From IMG/VR virus record IMGVR_UViG_3300037424_000179, positions 1 to 42,754 of that record: a stretch of DNA of 42,754 bases; one strand, 5' to 3'. The position numbers and the translations under genes are program-made. This document shows positions 9,272-16,763 of this stretch, piece by piece; the stretch's first letter is position 1, and each line of letters opens with the position of its first letter. Below the pieces are notes generated by a model. It saw only the letters and a list, made by a program, of their open reading frames with translations, ran no database searches and was not told the DNA's origin. The DNA comes from a virus. Taxonomy: Duplodnaviria > Caudoviricetes.

Positions 9272-9981
9272 TGGACGGATCAACAATGACAATCGAAGAG
9301 ATTAAGAAACACTTAAGAAAAGATTATGGCAAATGGCCTTGGCAGAAACCAACCAAGGAAGACAGGTTGCAGATTACAGAAGAACAATGGGCACAGATTG
9401 ATTGGACTCCAGAAGAGATTGAACGGAATTGCGCTCTTCCACACAAGATGTGGAACATGAGGAGCGACGATCAGGTTTGGCCTTTATGTTATAGGTGGCG
9501 AGGAGATTCAGCTTATGGGTACAGAGCCGGAGAAGGACACGCCAAGTTTATGCCAGAACTGCCCCAACTTGTGGAGGGTAGAGGGATTGCAAGATGGATG
9601 GCCCGCCACGACACCTCTGTGGTTGAAGTGCCTGAATTCGCAGACTATAGACAAATTTGGAGGCCAGACAACCTGCCTCAAGTTATTGAGTTTTACGAAC
9701 GGAAAGGGGAAAACCCACACTTCGGACAGAAGCTGACAATGCCGAAAGAAGAATTCCTGGCCACCTATTCACCGACACCCTTGCAGAAATTTTCAAAGCG
9801 GTCTAAGTTATTACTTGATCCGCACCACTATTCGTGGCATAGGATGATACAGCAGAACGAACACTATACTGGAGATGACTTTCCTGATTGGGTTGTGTTC
9901 TATCGTATAGGTGCCAGGATGGACAGCTTCGACTCTTACTATGTCCTAAACGCTTTTTACTTTGGATTGCACTGGAATTAG
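9271..9981 (+). CDS. Hypothetical Trp/Tyr-rich protein
   Basis: ATG 9271 overlaps the upstream TAA and follows AAGGAG; 236 aa. Confidence 0.6.
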   Translation: MDGSTMTIEEIKKHLRKDYGKWPWQKPTKEDRLQITEEQWAQIDWTPEEIERNCALPHKMWNMRSDDQVWPLCYRWRGDSAYGYRAGEGHAKFMPELPQLVEGRGIARWMARHDTSVVEVPEFADYRQIWRPDNLPQVIEFYERKGENPHFGQKLTMPKEEFLATYSPTPLQKFSKRSKLLLDPHHYSWHRMIQQNEHYTGDDFPDWVVFYRIGARMDSFDSYYVLNAFYFGLHWN

Positions 9982-9995
9982 TACGGAGGATTAAA

Positions 9996-10238
9996 ATGAT
10001 AAGCAAAATTAAAACATGGTTAATCGGTTCAGTCGTTTTGAAAAAGGTAGCAGGGAAGTTTGCAAAACATGGAACGGGAGCCATCATCGGCCTCCTGACC
10101 TCTGTTAAGGTTGCTCCCTATCTAGCGCAGTTGGGAATCACTCTTGACCCAGGACAGTTGGAAGCAGGTCTGACTATTCTTTTAATTGCGTTGTTTGGTG
10201 CAATTTATAATTTTATGGAGCATAGGTTCTTTAAATAA
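9996..10238 (+). CDS. Holin-like small membrane protein
   Basis: Start reassigned to ATG 9996 after GGAGG; 80 aa with two hydrophobic segments and basic ends. Confidence 0.6.
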   Translation: MISKIKTWLIGSVVLKKVAGKFAKHGTGAIIGLLTSVKVAPYLAQLGITLDPGQLEAGLTILLIALFGAIYNFMEHRFFK

Positions 10239-10254
10239 TTTATATTAGGAGCTT

Positions 10255-10713
10255 ATGGAATTTAGGCTCTTAACATTAACACAAAACAGGTTTTCTAAAA
10301 TTGACGGAAATTTATATCCAATAGTTTCAAAAACAAAATGGACTTATTCCTGTCATGGATATGCCGTTAGGACTATAAATCGAAAGCGTCAATATCTCCA
10401 CAGATTCATAATGGATGTGAAAAAAGGGGAAACTGTGGATCATATAAATGGGGATAAACTAGACAATCGGCTATCGAATCTCCGAGTATGCAGTCAGTCC
10501 ATTAATTGTCTTAATAAGCATAAACTGCTTTCTACGAATAGCAGTGGATACAATGGGATAAGAAAGCATATAGTCAAATCCAATAATAATATTTATGAGT
10601 ATTGGGAATCATGTTTTCAATATCAAAGAAAAAGAAATAGAAAATTCTTTAAAACTTTAATAGAGGCGATAAAATTCAGGAAAGACGTAGAACATAGGTT
10701 TGTAAAGAAATAA
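10255..10713 (+). CDS. HNH homing endonuclease with AP2-like C-terminal domain
   Basis: YLHRFIM...VDHINGDKLDNRLSNLR motif; NSSGYNGI...FKTLIEAIKFR; AT-rich. Confidence 0.9.
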   Translation: MEFRLLTLTQNRFSKIDGNLYPIVSKTKWTYSCHGYAVRTINRKRQYLHRFIMDVKKGETVDHINGDKLDNRLSNLRVCSQSINCLNKHKLLSTNSSGYNGIRKHIVKSNNNIYEYWESCFQYQRKRNRKFFKTLIEAIKFRKDVEHRFVKK

Positions 10714-10718
10714 AGACA

Positions 10719-11132
10719 ATGAATATAAAACCTGGAACGACTTATGCTCAAGTAAAGAAGAGTGCAGAGCGTAGCAAGTGGGAAGATTATTTCATCTTCC
10801 ATTTAAAGGTGGCCAAGCTCCCCATCCCAAAGCAACAGTTTAAGTTTGCGGAACACATCGGCCGGAGGTGGCAGGTTGACTTTGCCTGGCCAGACCTTAA
10901 ACTCTTTGTTGAGATAGAGGGTGGCATCTGGCGCAAGAATAAGTTTGGCAATTGGGCCGGAGCGCATACCCACCCAACGGCCGTATTAAGAGACATAGAG
11001 AAATACAACCATATGGCCTTGCTCGGCTATCGATTGTTTAGGTTCTCAGATAAAGACCTCAGGGACGGGTCAGCCATCGAAATGATGAAAAAGGTCTTTT
11101 CCCCACAAATTTCAGGGGGGATTGGCGGTTAA
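10719..11132 (+). CDS. Vsr/DUF559-like PD-(D/E)XK endonuclease (possible resolvase)
   Basis: QFKF..RRWQVDFAWPDLKLFVEIEGGIW...H...RDIEKYN...GYRLFRF. Confidence 0.8.
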   Translation: MNIKPGTTYAQVKKSAERSKWEDYFIFHLKVAKLPIPKQQFKFAEHIGRRWQVDFAWPDLKLFVEIEGGIWRKNKFGNWAGAHTHPTAVLRDIEKYNHMALLGYRLFRFSDKDLRDGSAIEMMKKVFSPQISGGIGG

Positions 11133-11183
11133 GGTTTGGGCTTCCAGGTTCTCCTTGATTGCCGTCCCCCCCCTTTTATTTTT
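11115..11183 (+). terminator. Intrinsic terminator ending the late/lysis transcript; 18-nt loop
   Basis: GGGGGGATTGGCGGTTAAGG (11115-11134) pairs with CCTTGATTGCCGTCCCCCC (11153-11171) using several G-U pairs, then TTTTATTTTT. Confidence 0.8.
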
Positions 11184-11201
11184 ATATAATTGACCATTAT
11201 A

Positions 11202-11211
11202 AACCTGGAGG
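11202..11211 (+). promoter_or_regulatory. Extended RBS motif AACCTGGAGG (exact copies 11202, 12206, 16748; one-base variants 12719, 14139, 14751, 32828)
   Basis: Each copy lies 4-9 nt before a start codon; most late genes use AAGGAG instead. Confidence 0.75.
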
Positions 11212-11220
11212 TTAATTACT

Positions 11221-11562
11221 ATGGATTTAGAACTCATCCAAAAGAAGTACAGAGTTTCCCGCCAAGAAGGAATGCCCGTACACGAACCACTTAATCAAGA
11301 AATCATTGGGAAGTACGGAACCATATACCCTTATTCAAAAACCCAACTCGGAATACAAATCAGGGCCGGAGTATTGGCCAATCGAATTGCCAGAATGAAG
11401 AAATGGGAGATTATCCAAGATGCAGATGATTTGGTGACATTTCTGGCCGACCCCAAGGATATCCTTTTCTTCTGTAAATACATCAGAGCCAGGAGGCGAA
11501 GGGTCTTGAGTCCAGAACACCGATTGAAAGCCATTAAAAACCTTAAAGGAATCACCGCCTAA
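11221..11562 (+). CDS. Hypothetical basic protein
   Basis: 113-aa ORF with strong RBS; TATAAT at 11185-11190 upstream. Confidence 0.65.
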   Translation: MDLELIQKKYRVSRQEGMPVHEPLNQEIIGKYGTIYPYSKTQLGIQIRAGVLANRIARMKKWEIIQDADDLVTFLADPKDILFFCKYIRARRRRVLSPEHRLKAIKNLKGITA

Positions 11563-11650
11563 TTAACACGCCCCGAGCCTAGAATCGTTTTAAATTGGTT
11601 TTATGGGTAATTCCTCACAAACCACTTTTTAATCGAATTTCGCCTTCCCC

Positions 11651-11659
11651 TGTGGATAA
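11651..11659 (-). promoter_or_regulatory. Consensus DnaA box (TTATCCACA on the - strand)
   Basis: TGTGGATAA in the largest intergenic region, followed by an AT-rich tract (11660-11715). Confidence 0.55.
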
Positions 11660-11682
11660 CTTAAAATAAGACAAAATAGTTG

Positions 11683-11711
11683 TTTACTTCTGGAAAATCA
11701 TTTTTAATAAT
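11683..11711 (+). promoter_or_regulatory. Putative sigma70 promoter for the non-coding RNA
   Basis: TTTACT-17 bp-AATAAT; predicted start ~11718, at the base of the first hairpin. Confidence 0.45.
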
Positions 11712-11717
11712 TTACCT

Positions 11718-12190
11718 ATCTCGGGGGAGATGAAGATTAGGTCATAGGCTTTCAATTTAAGCCTTCGGCACACCTATGACTCTACATTCTTCCCCTAAAA
11801 GATTGTTCTTTCCGATAAAGTGCCGAGGGCTTTTCTTTTTGTAGGGATAGTTTAAGATTGTTTTTCAACCCTAAGTTTATAGTTGATGGTTTAGTGTAAA
11901 TGAAAAACAAAAGAACTAGGATGTTGCGCCGTTAATCTGGGCAAGTGAGACCCTTAACACCCAGTCATTACCCAAGGAAAAGTTTATAACAGGTTTATTT
12001 AAAACCTGTATGGAAGATCTTGAAGAAGGTTTTCCGGAAACATCCGACGCTTTATCTTCTAAGCGTGCTAAGTAGGAAGGCAGACAACCATTTGGGGGGG
12101 ATCGGCTAAACGGAGATCCAAACTATGACCTGCCATTAAGACCATATAACCTAAAAGAGAAACCCTTGGGGGAGTATAAGGGTTATAGTC
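11718..12190 (+). ncRNA. Putative ~470-nt structured non-coding RNA / replication-origin RNA
   Basis: No ORF of 60 aa or more in any frame; about ten complementary stem pairs found by eye, several with G-U pairs that favour the + strand. Confidence 0.55.
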
Positions 12191-12219
12191 AATAAACATT
12201 AAATGAACCTGGAGGAAAA

Positions 12220-12636
12220 ATGATTGTTACTTATTATGACGGTTGCTGTGAACCAAGGAACCCTGGAGGCAATACGGGATTTGGAGCCGTCATTTCAAAA
12301 GATGGAATTGAACTTAAACGCCTGTCTATGTATTCTCCTGCCCACCCTCAGAATTCAAATAACGTTGCTGAATACAAAGGGCTTACCTGTGCCCTTGAAT
12401 GGTTATTAGAGAACGGATTTGAAAAACAAAAGACCATTTTCTATGGCGATAATATGATGACCGTTCGGCAGATGAATGGACAGTGGAAGGCCAAGAGTGG
12501 TATGTATATCCCACATTATTTAAAGGCCAGAGATATTGGGAAGCGGTTCAATAATCTTAAATTTATTTGGATTCCAAGGGAAGAGAATGGGGTTGCTGAT
12601 GAGCTATCAAAAGCCCAACTCATTAAAAAAAAATAA
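12220..12636 (+). CDS. rnhA: Ribonuclease HI
   Basis: YYDGC, SNNVAEY, GDN, FIWIPREENGVADELS: all four acidic catalytic positions present. Confidence 0.92.
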   Translation: MIVTYYDGCCEPRNPGGNTGFGAVISKDGIELKRLSMYSPAHPQNSNNVAEYKGLTCALEWLLENGFEKQKTIFYGDNMMTVRQMNGQWKAKSGMYIPHYLKARDIGKRFNNLKFIWIPREENGVADELSKAQLIKKK

Positions 12637-12655
12637 AATTCTGTATACAACCCCT

Positions 12656-12684
12656 TTGGAAAATATATAATTTCTCTTTATAGT
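12656..12684 (+). promoter_or_regulatory. Putative sigma70 promoter of the recombination operon
   Basis: TTGGAA-17 bp-TATAGT, with GTATAC palindromes at 12643 and 12683. Confidence 0.55.
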
Positions 12685-12732
12685 ATACGGAGTCACTCGA
12701 CCCGTGAATGAAAAACAAAAACTGGAGGCAGT

Positions 12733-13554
12733 ATGAATGAAATTGAACAATCGTCTCAATCCCAAATCCACCCGTCCGATCCCGTCTCGTCAAACTCGCT
12801 CGATGTCCTCATTGAAAAAGCCAGGCAGTACCCACGCAACATCGCCCTCGCCATGAAAAACGCTAACAAGGAACTCGAAATGGTTCCCGACCTCGCCGAG
12901 CGTGCTTACTATTCTATTCCTTACAAGGAAGGGAATTCTCGTAGGATGGTCGAAGGACTTTCAATCAGAGCTGCAATGGCACTTGCTCGATACTGGGGGA
13001 ACATTGCCACTGATGGCAGAATTATTGGAGAGGACAAATCCAACTATTACGTCAAAGGATTTTGCATTGATCTTGAAAGCAACATCCAAAATTCTACTGA
13101 AGTCAAAGTCTCGAAATTCTACAAGCCGAAAGGCTCCCAAGGTGTAGTCCCATGGAACGCCGACATGATGCGGAACCAAGTTTTATCTGGGATCAGTAAG
13201 GCCAGGCGGAACGCCGTGTTGATGTCCTTGCCTGAATGGGTTAAGGATGGTTACTTTAACAAAGCCAAAGAACTCGTTATTAAACCCACCTCGACCGCTC
13301 TCCCCGTTGAATCAATCCAGGTTAGAATCATGAAAGGCAAGAACGCCATTTGCACCGAGTTTAAAATTGAACCCGATGTGTTGGATGATTACCTTATGGA
13401 ATTCTTTGACGGCTACGATGATGCTTCCTATCTCGTCCACCTTCGTGGAATTTACAATGCCATTAAAGAAGGGAATGTTTCCCCTGGCGATATACGGCAA
13501 AAGAAATCTCCGGCCATGCCAACCGAGAAGAAATCCGATGACGGCGCAGTTTAG
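12733..13554 (+). CDS. Putative single-strand annealing / recombination protein
   Basis: ARQYPRN..AYYSIP..VEGLSIRAA..LARYWGN..SKARRNAVL..LP pattern; directly upstream of the exonuclease; function inferred from context. Confidence 0.55.
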   Translation: MNEIEQSSQSQIHPSDPVSSNSLDVLIEKARQYPRNIALAMKNANKELEMVPDLAERAYYSIPYKEGNSRRMVEGLSIRAAMALARYWGNIATDGRIIGEDKSNYYVKGFCIDLESNIQNSTEVKVSKFYKPKGSQGVVPWNADMMRNQVLSGISKARRNAVLMSLPEWVKDGYFNKAKELVIKPTSTALPVESIQVRIMKGKNAICTEFKIEPDVLDDYLMEFFDGYDDASYLVHLRGIYNAIKEGNVSPGDIRQKKSPAMPTEKKSDDGAV

Positions 13555-14140
13555 ATTTGATCCGGAAGATCATGCCTATTATCTGGGCGATGAAAAACTC
13601 CCGTCAACAACTGGCATATTGCAAGCGGTGGGAATCTACAAGCCAAGTGGGTTTGCAGACGAATACGATATGTGGGTCGGTTCCGCTTCTCATCGAGCTA
13701 TCGAACTGTATTGCAAAGGAACGTTGGACGAGAATAATCTTGATAAACAACTCCGTCCCCGACTCGATGCCTACCGGAAGTTTGAACGGGCCACCGGATT
13801 CAAACCTTACAAGGAATGGATCGAGAGGCCGAGTTACTCCGAGCTGTGGCGATATGGTTTTACGCCTGACCTCGTCGGAGAATTCCCTAACGGTGACTGC
13901 GGAGTCGTTGATGCAAAGTCAGGAAGCGTCGATCCGGCCACCGCTATTCAAACGGCTTCTTATGCTCATGGCCTCACCGATTACTTTGAAGGGGAAAAAA
14001 CATTCCGTCGGTTCGGATTGAAAGTGGACAAGGAAGGACGGCCTGGGCTTGTGGAATTTACGGACCACAAAGACTTCGCTGTCTGGATGAACGCCTTGTC
14101 CATATACAATTGGATAAGAAATAACAGAAAAACAAAATAA
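13538..14140 (+). CDS. PD-(D/E)XK exonuclease (RecB/lambda-exo-like)
   Basis: Start reassigned to ATG 13538; HAYY..LPSTTGIL, GSASH, YGFTPDL, VVDAKSG, QTASY motifs. Confidence 0.8.
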   Translation: MTAQFRFDPEDHAYYLGDEKLPSTTGILQAVGIYKPSGFADEYDMWVGSASHRAIELYCKGTLDENNLDKQLRPRLDAYRKFERATGFKPYKEWIERPSYSELWRYGFTPDLVGEFPNGDCGVVDAKSGSVDPATAIQTASYAHGLTDYFEGEKTFRRFGLKVDKEGRPGLVEFTDHKDFAVWMNALSIYNWIRNNRKTK

Positions 14141-14153
14141 CCTGGAGAACAAA

Positions 14154-14768
14154 ATGATTAATGCTACCGAAGTAGAAACAAAGACATTTGAATTGGAAAG
14201 AAAAGAACACGTGAACCTAGCCACCATCGCATACGAAACCGCAAAATCTATCAGAGATGCAGATTCGTTTCAATGCGCCACCGACCTCCTTCTCAAAATC
14301 AAAACTCGCCGTAACCGTTGGAAAGAATTCATTGATCCACTTGTCAGGTCTGCCAAAGAAGCCCACAACAAAGCCTTAGCGAAGCGCAGGGAGGTTGAAG
14401 AACCTTTGCGCCAGGCCGAAGAAGATATCCTTAAGCCGGCCATTGAAAAGTGGATTGCCAAACAGGAGGACATCAGACGGGCGCAGGAAGTGGAAATGAA
14501 AAACCAAACCGGATTCGATATCGTTCTCCCTACCGTAACCAAGAAGGAAGGCATTTCATACAGAACAACATGGAGCGCAGAAGTTGTGGACATGAAATTG
14601 TTTGTTGATGCAATCGTATGTGGCAGGATTCCCATCGAAGCCGTCATTCCCAATATGCCCATGCTTAACAACATGGCAAAAACTTTTAAAACAGGTCTTG
14701 GATGGCCAGGCGTTCAGGTTAAATCTGAAAAGTCTGTGTCAGCAAGACCAAACATGGAGGCATTATAA
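14154..14768 (+). CDS. Coiled-coil phage protein of the recombination module
   Basis: Long helical body and C-terminal GISYRTTWSAEVVD...PGVQV; RBS motif upstream. Confidence 0.6.
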   Translation: MINATEVETKTFELERKEHVNLATIAYETAKSIRDADSFQCATDLLLKIKTRRNRWKEFIDPLVRSAKEAHNKALAKRREVEEPLRQAEEDILKPAIEKWIAKQEDIRRAQEVEMKNQTGFDIVLPTVTKKEGISYRTTWSAEVVDMKLFVDAIVCGRIPIEAVIPNMPMLNNMAKTFKTGLGWPGVQVKSEKSVSARPNMEAL

Positions 14769-15172
14769 TGGTACGCAGAGGACAACCCGCAGACATTCAA
14801 ACAAAAGTGATTAAGGTATTCGATGAACAATCAAGCACATACGACAGGGGGGGAGGATCAGAGTTAAGAGTGATCGCATGGATCGTAAACGGAAGCGAGA
14901 AGCAACCGCAACTCGAACGCCGTGAATGGTGGATGACCGAGGATGGAACGAAGCGTGCAGGGAAAGCCAAGGGCTTAACCTCTTCCGACTTTCAATTCAT
15001 CCTTCAACACGCCAGAGAAATAGGCGAAGCATTAGGGCTTCCGGCCAAGATAGTACAACAGGCTTTAATGACCGTTAATGAACCGTCAGCCAATGGGGAA
15101 AAGACATCCGACGAAAAGACCGCCGACGAGCTTGCCACTGAAACCGTGGACGCAGGTGCGACAGGGTGGTAA
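14768..15172 (+). CDS. PC4/YdbC-like single-stranded DNA-binding protein
   Basis: ELRVIAW..NG..PQLERREW...KAKGLT..DF pattern plus an acidic C-terminal tail ending in Trp. Confidence 0.65.
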   Translation: MVRRGQPADIQTKVIKVFDEQSSTYDRGGGSELRVIAWIVNGSEKQPQLERREWWMTEDGTKRAGKAKGLTSSDFQFILQHAREIGEALGLPAKIVQQALMTVNEPSANGEKTSDEKTADELATETVDAGATGW

Positions 15173-16431
15173 CGGAAAAAGGAAAGACGTTTGCCTCTGG
15201 CATTCCCGTTTATTGTTCTTATTCAAAGATCGTAAATATAAACGAGCTGACAGAAAATCCTCGCAACCCCAACCACCATCCGGAAGAACAGATTAAACTT
15301 CTCTCCAAGGTTATCCAGGGGAACGGGTGGCGCACGCCCATCACCGTTTCAACCAGATCAAAGTTTATAACTCGTGGCCATGCCAGACTTCAATCGGCCA
15401 AGTATCTAAACGTTCAGGAGGTTCCGGTTGATTATCAGGATTATGAATCTGATGAACAGGAGATTGCGGATATGTTGGCCGACAACAGGATCGCAGAGCT
15501 TTCCGACCTGTCCGTCTTTGAAGTTAAGGATCTCATTGAAGAATTGGAAAAGGCCGGAGCTGACTTAGATCTTACCGGATATGATGAACAGGCCCTGGAG
15601 ACTTTAAGGGCCGCCTTCGATGGAGATATTCCTGAAACAACAGCTCAAGATGACGATGCACCAGGGATAAAGAATGAATGCAAATCAAAGGTTGGGGAAT
15701 TATATTCAATGGGAAATCACAGGTTACTTTGTGGAGATGCGACATCCACCGATCATTTTAAACAACTTATGTGTGGGAAAAAAGTTGACATGATTTTAAC
15801 AGATCCGCCTTATGGAGTTAATTATGCTGGGAAAAATGAAATGCTTAATAAGTTTGACAAGGGAAATAAGAATCAAAGAGAAATTGAAAATGATGACGAC
15901 GTGGATTACAGAGTTTTCTTTACAGCCTTTTTAAAAGTTATTGAGATGTCAGATTACAATACATCCTACATTTTTATGTCAGGGAAGGAGCTTCACAATT
16001 TAAGAATAGCTTTCCAGGATGCTGGATTTTATTGGTCTGACTATCTCATCTGGGCAAAGAACAATCACGTTCTGGGAAGAAAAGATTACAACGCAAAACA
16101 TGAATTCGTTATGTATGGATGGAAAGACCACCACAAATTCTATGGCCCTTCCGGAGTGACAGTTATCGAATGCGATAAACCTCTGAAGAATGATCTCCAT
16201 CCAACAATGAAGCCAATAAAACTTCTCGTGAAGCTGATAATAGACGGAAGCCAAAAAGGACATATTGTTTACGACCCCTTCATCGGCTCCGGTTCAACAA
16301 TTATAGCCTGCGAGAAAACAGGGCGATCCTGTTATGGGATGGAAATAGATCCACATTATGTCGATGTTGCCATTGAAAGATGGGAGAAATTAACAGGACA
16401 GAAGGCGACATTAATAAACGACGCTAAATAA
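15166..16431 (+). CDS. ParB-like N-terminal domain fused to an N6-adenine/N4-cytosine DNA methyltransferase
   Basis: NPRNPNHH..GWRTPI..GHARL..ADNRIAEL; HRLLCGD, TDPPY, HPTMKP, YDPFIGSGST, GMEIDP. Confidence 0.92.
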   Translation: MVTEKGKTFASGIPVYCSYSKIVNINELTENPRNPNHHPEEQIKLLSKVIQGNGWRTPITVSTRSKFITRGHARLQSAKYLNVQEVPVDYQDYESDEQEIADMLADNRIAELSDLSVFEVKDLIEELEKAGADLDLTGYDEQALETLRAAFDGDIPETTAQDDDAPGIKNECKSKVGELYSMGNHRLLCGDATSTDHFKQLMCGKKVDMILTDPPYGVNYAGKNEMLNKFDKGNKNQREIENDDDVDYRVFFTAFLKVIEMSDYNTSYIFMSGKELHNLRIAFQDAGFYWSDYLIWAKNNHVLGRKDYNAKHEFVMYGWKDHHKFYGPSGVTVIECDKPLKNDLHPTMKPIKLLVKLIIDGSQKGHIVYDPFIGSGSTIIACEKTGRSCYGMEIDPHYVDVAIERWEKLTGQKATLINDAK

Positions 16432-16486
16432 CGCATCGTTTATATATGGCAATCCTGTGAAATAATTGTGACAGGGAAGATAGGGG

Positions 16487-16515
16487 TTGAAATAAGGTAT
16501 AACATTCGTTACACT
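16487..16515 (+). promoter_or_regulatory. Sigma70 promoter with overlapping palindromic operator
   Basis: TTGAAA-17 bp-TACACT; inverted repeat GTATAAC-attc-GTTACAC at 16497-16514 (one mismatch). Confidence 0.65.
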
Positions 16516-16547
16516 ATATTATAGGATGGAAAACCAAGGGAGGCTCT

Positions 16548-16736
16548 ATGGAAGACATCATCACCAAGATTCAAAAGAAAGCAAAAGCCCGAGGGCTTTC
16601 CCAGGAACGGGTGGCCCAAGAAATAGGGGTATCATTTCAAACCGTGAATAGATGGTTTCATGGGAAGTCAAAAAGGATGCACCACACCACCGTTATGGCC
16701 ATTGAAACCTTTTTAGATAGGGATGCAAAGCAGTAA
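16548..16736 (+). CDS. XRE/Cro-like helix-turn-helix regulator
   Basis: GLSQERVAQEIGVSFQTVNRWFHG. Confidence 0.9.
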   Translation: MEDIITKIQKKAKARGLSQERVAQEIGVSFQTVNRWFHGKSKRMHHTTVMAIETFLDRDAKQ

Positions 16737-16763
16737 GCAAAAATGAAAACCTGGAGGCACGAC

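Noticed and set aside
11718-12190. tRNA, tmRNA or group I/II intron
   Set aside because: No cloverleaf or T-loop motif, no recognisable intron core, and the region does not interrupt a gene; a covariance search is still needed
12625-12633. A9 run at the end of rnhA as a phase-variation or frameshift site
   Set aside because: It lies after the last catalytic residue, just before the stop; slippage would change only the tail
13538-14140. Cas4 / CRISPR adaptation gene
   Set aside because: Lacks the four-Cys Fe-S cluster pattern; no cas genes or array; context is recombination
15166-15600. ParB domain as evidence of a plasmid-prophage partition system
   Set aside because: It is the common ParB-like/methyltransferase fusion; no ParA or centromere repeats seen
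11202-16757. AACCTGGAGG copies as a CRISPR array or iterons
   Set aside because: Only 10 bp, irregularly spaced over kilobases and always just before start codons
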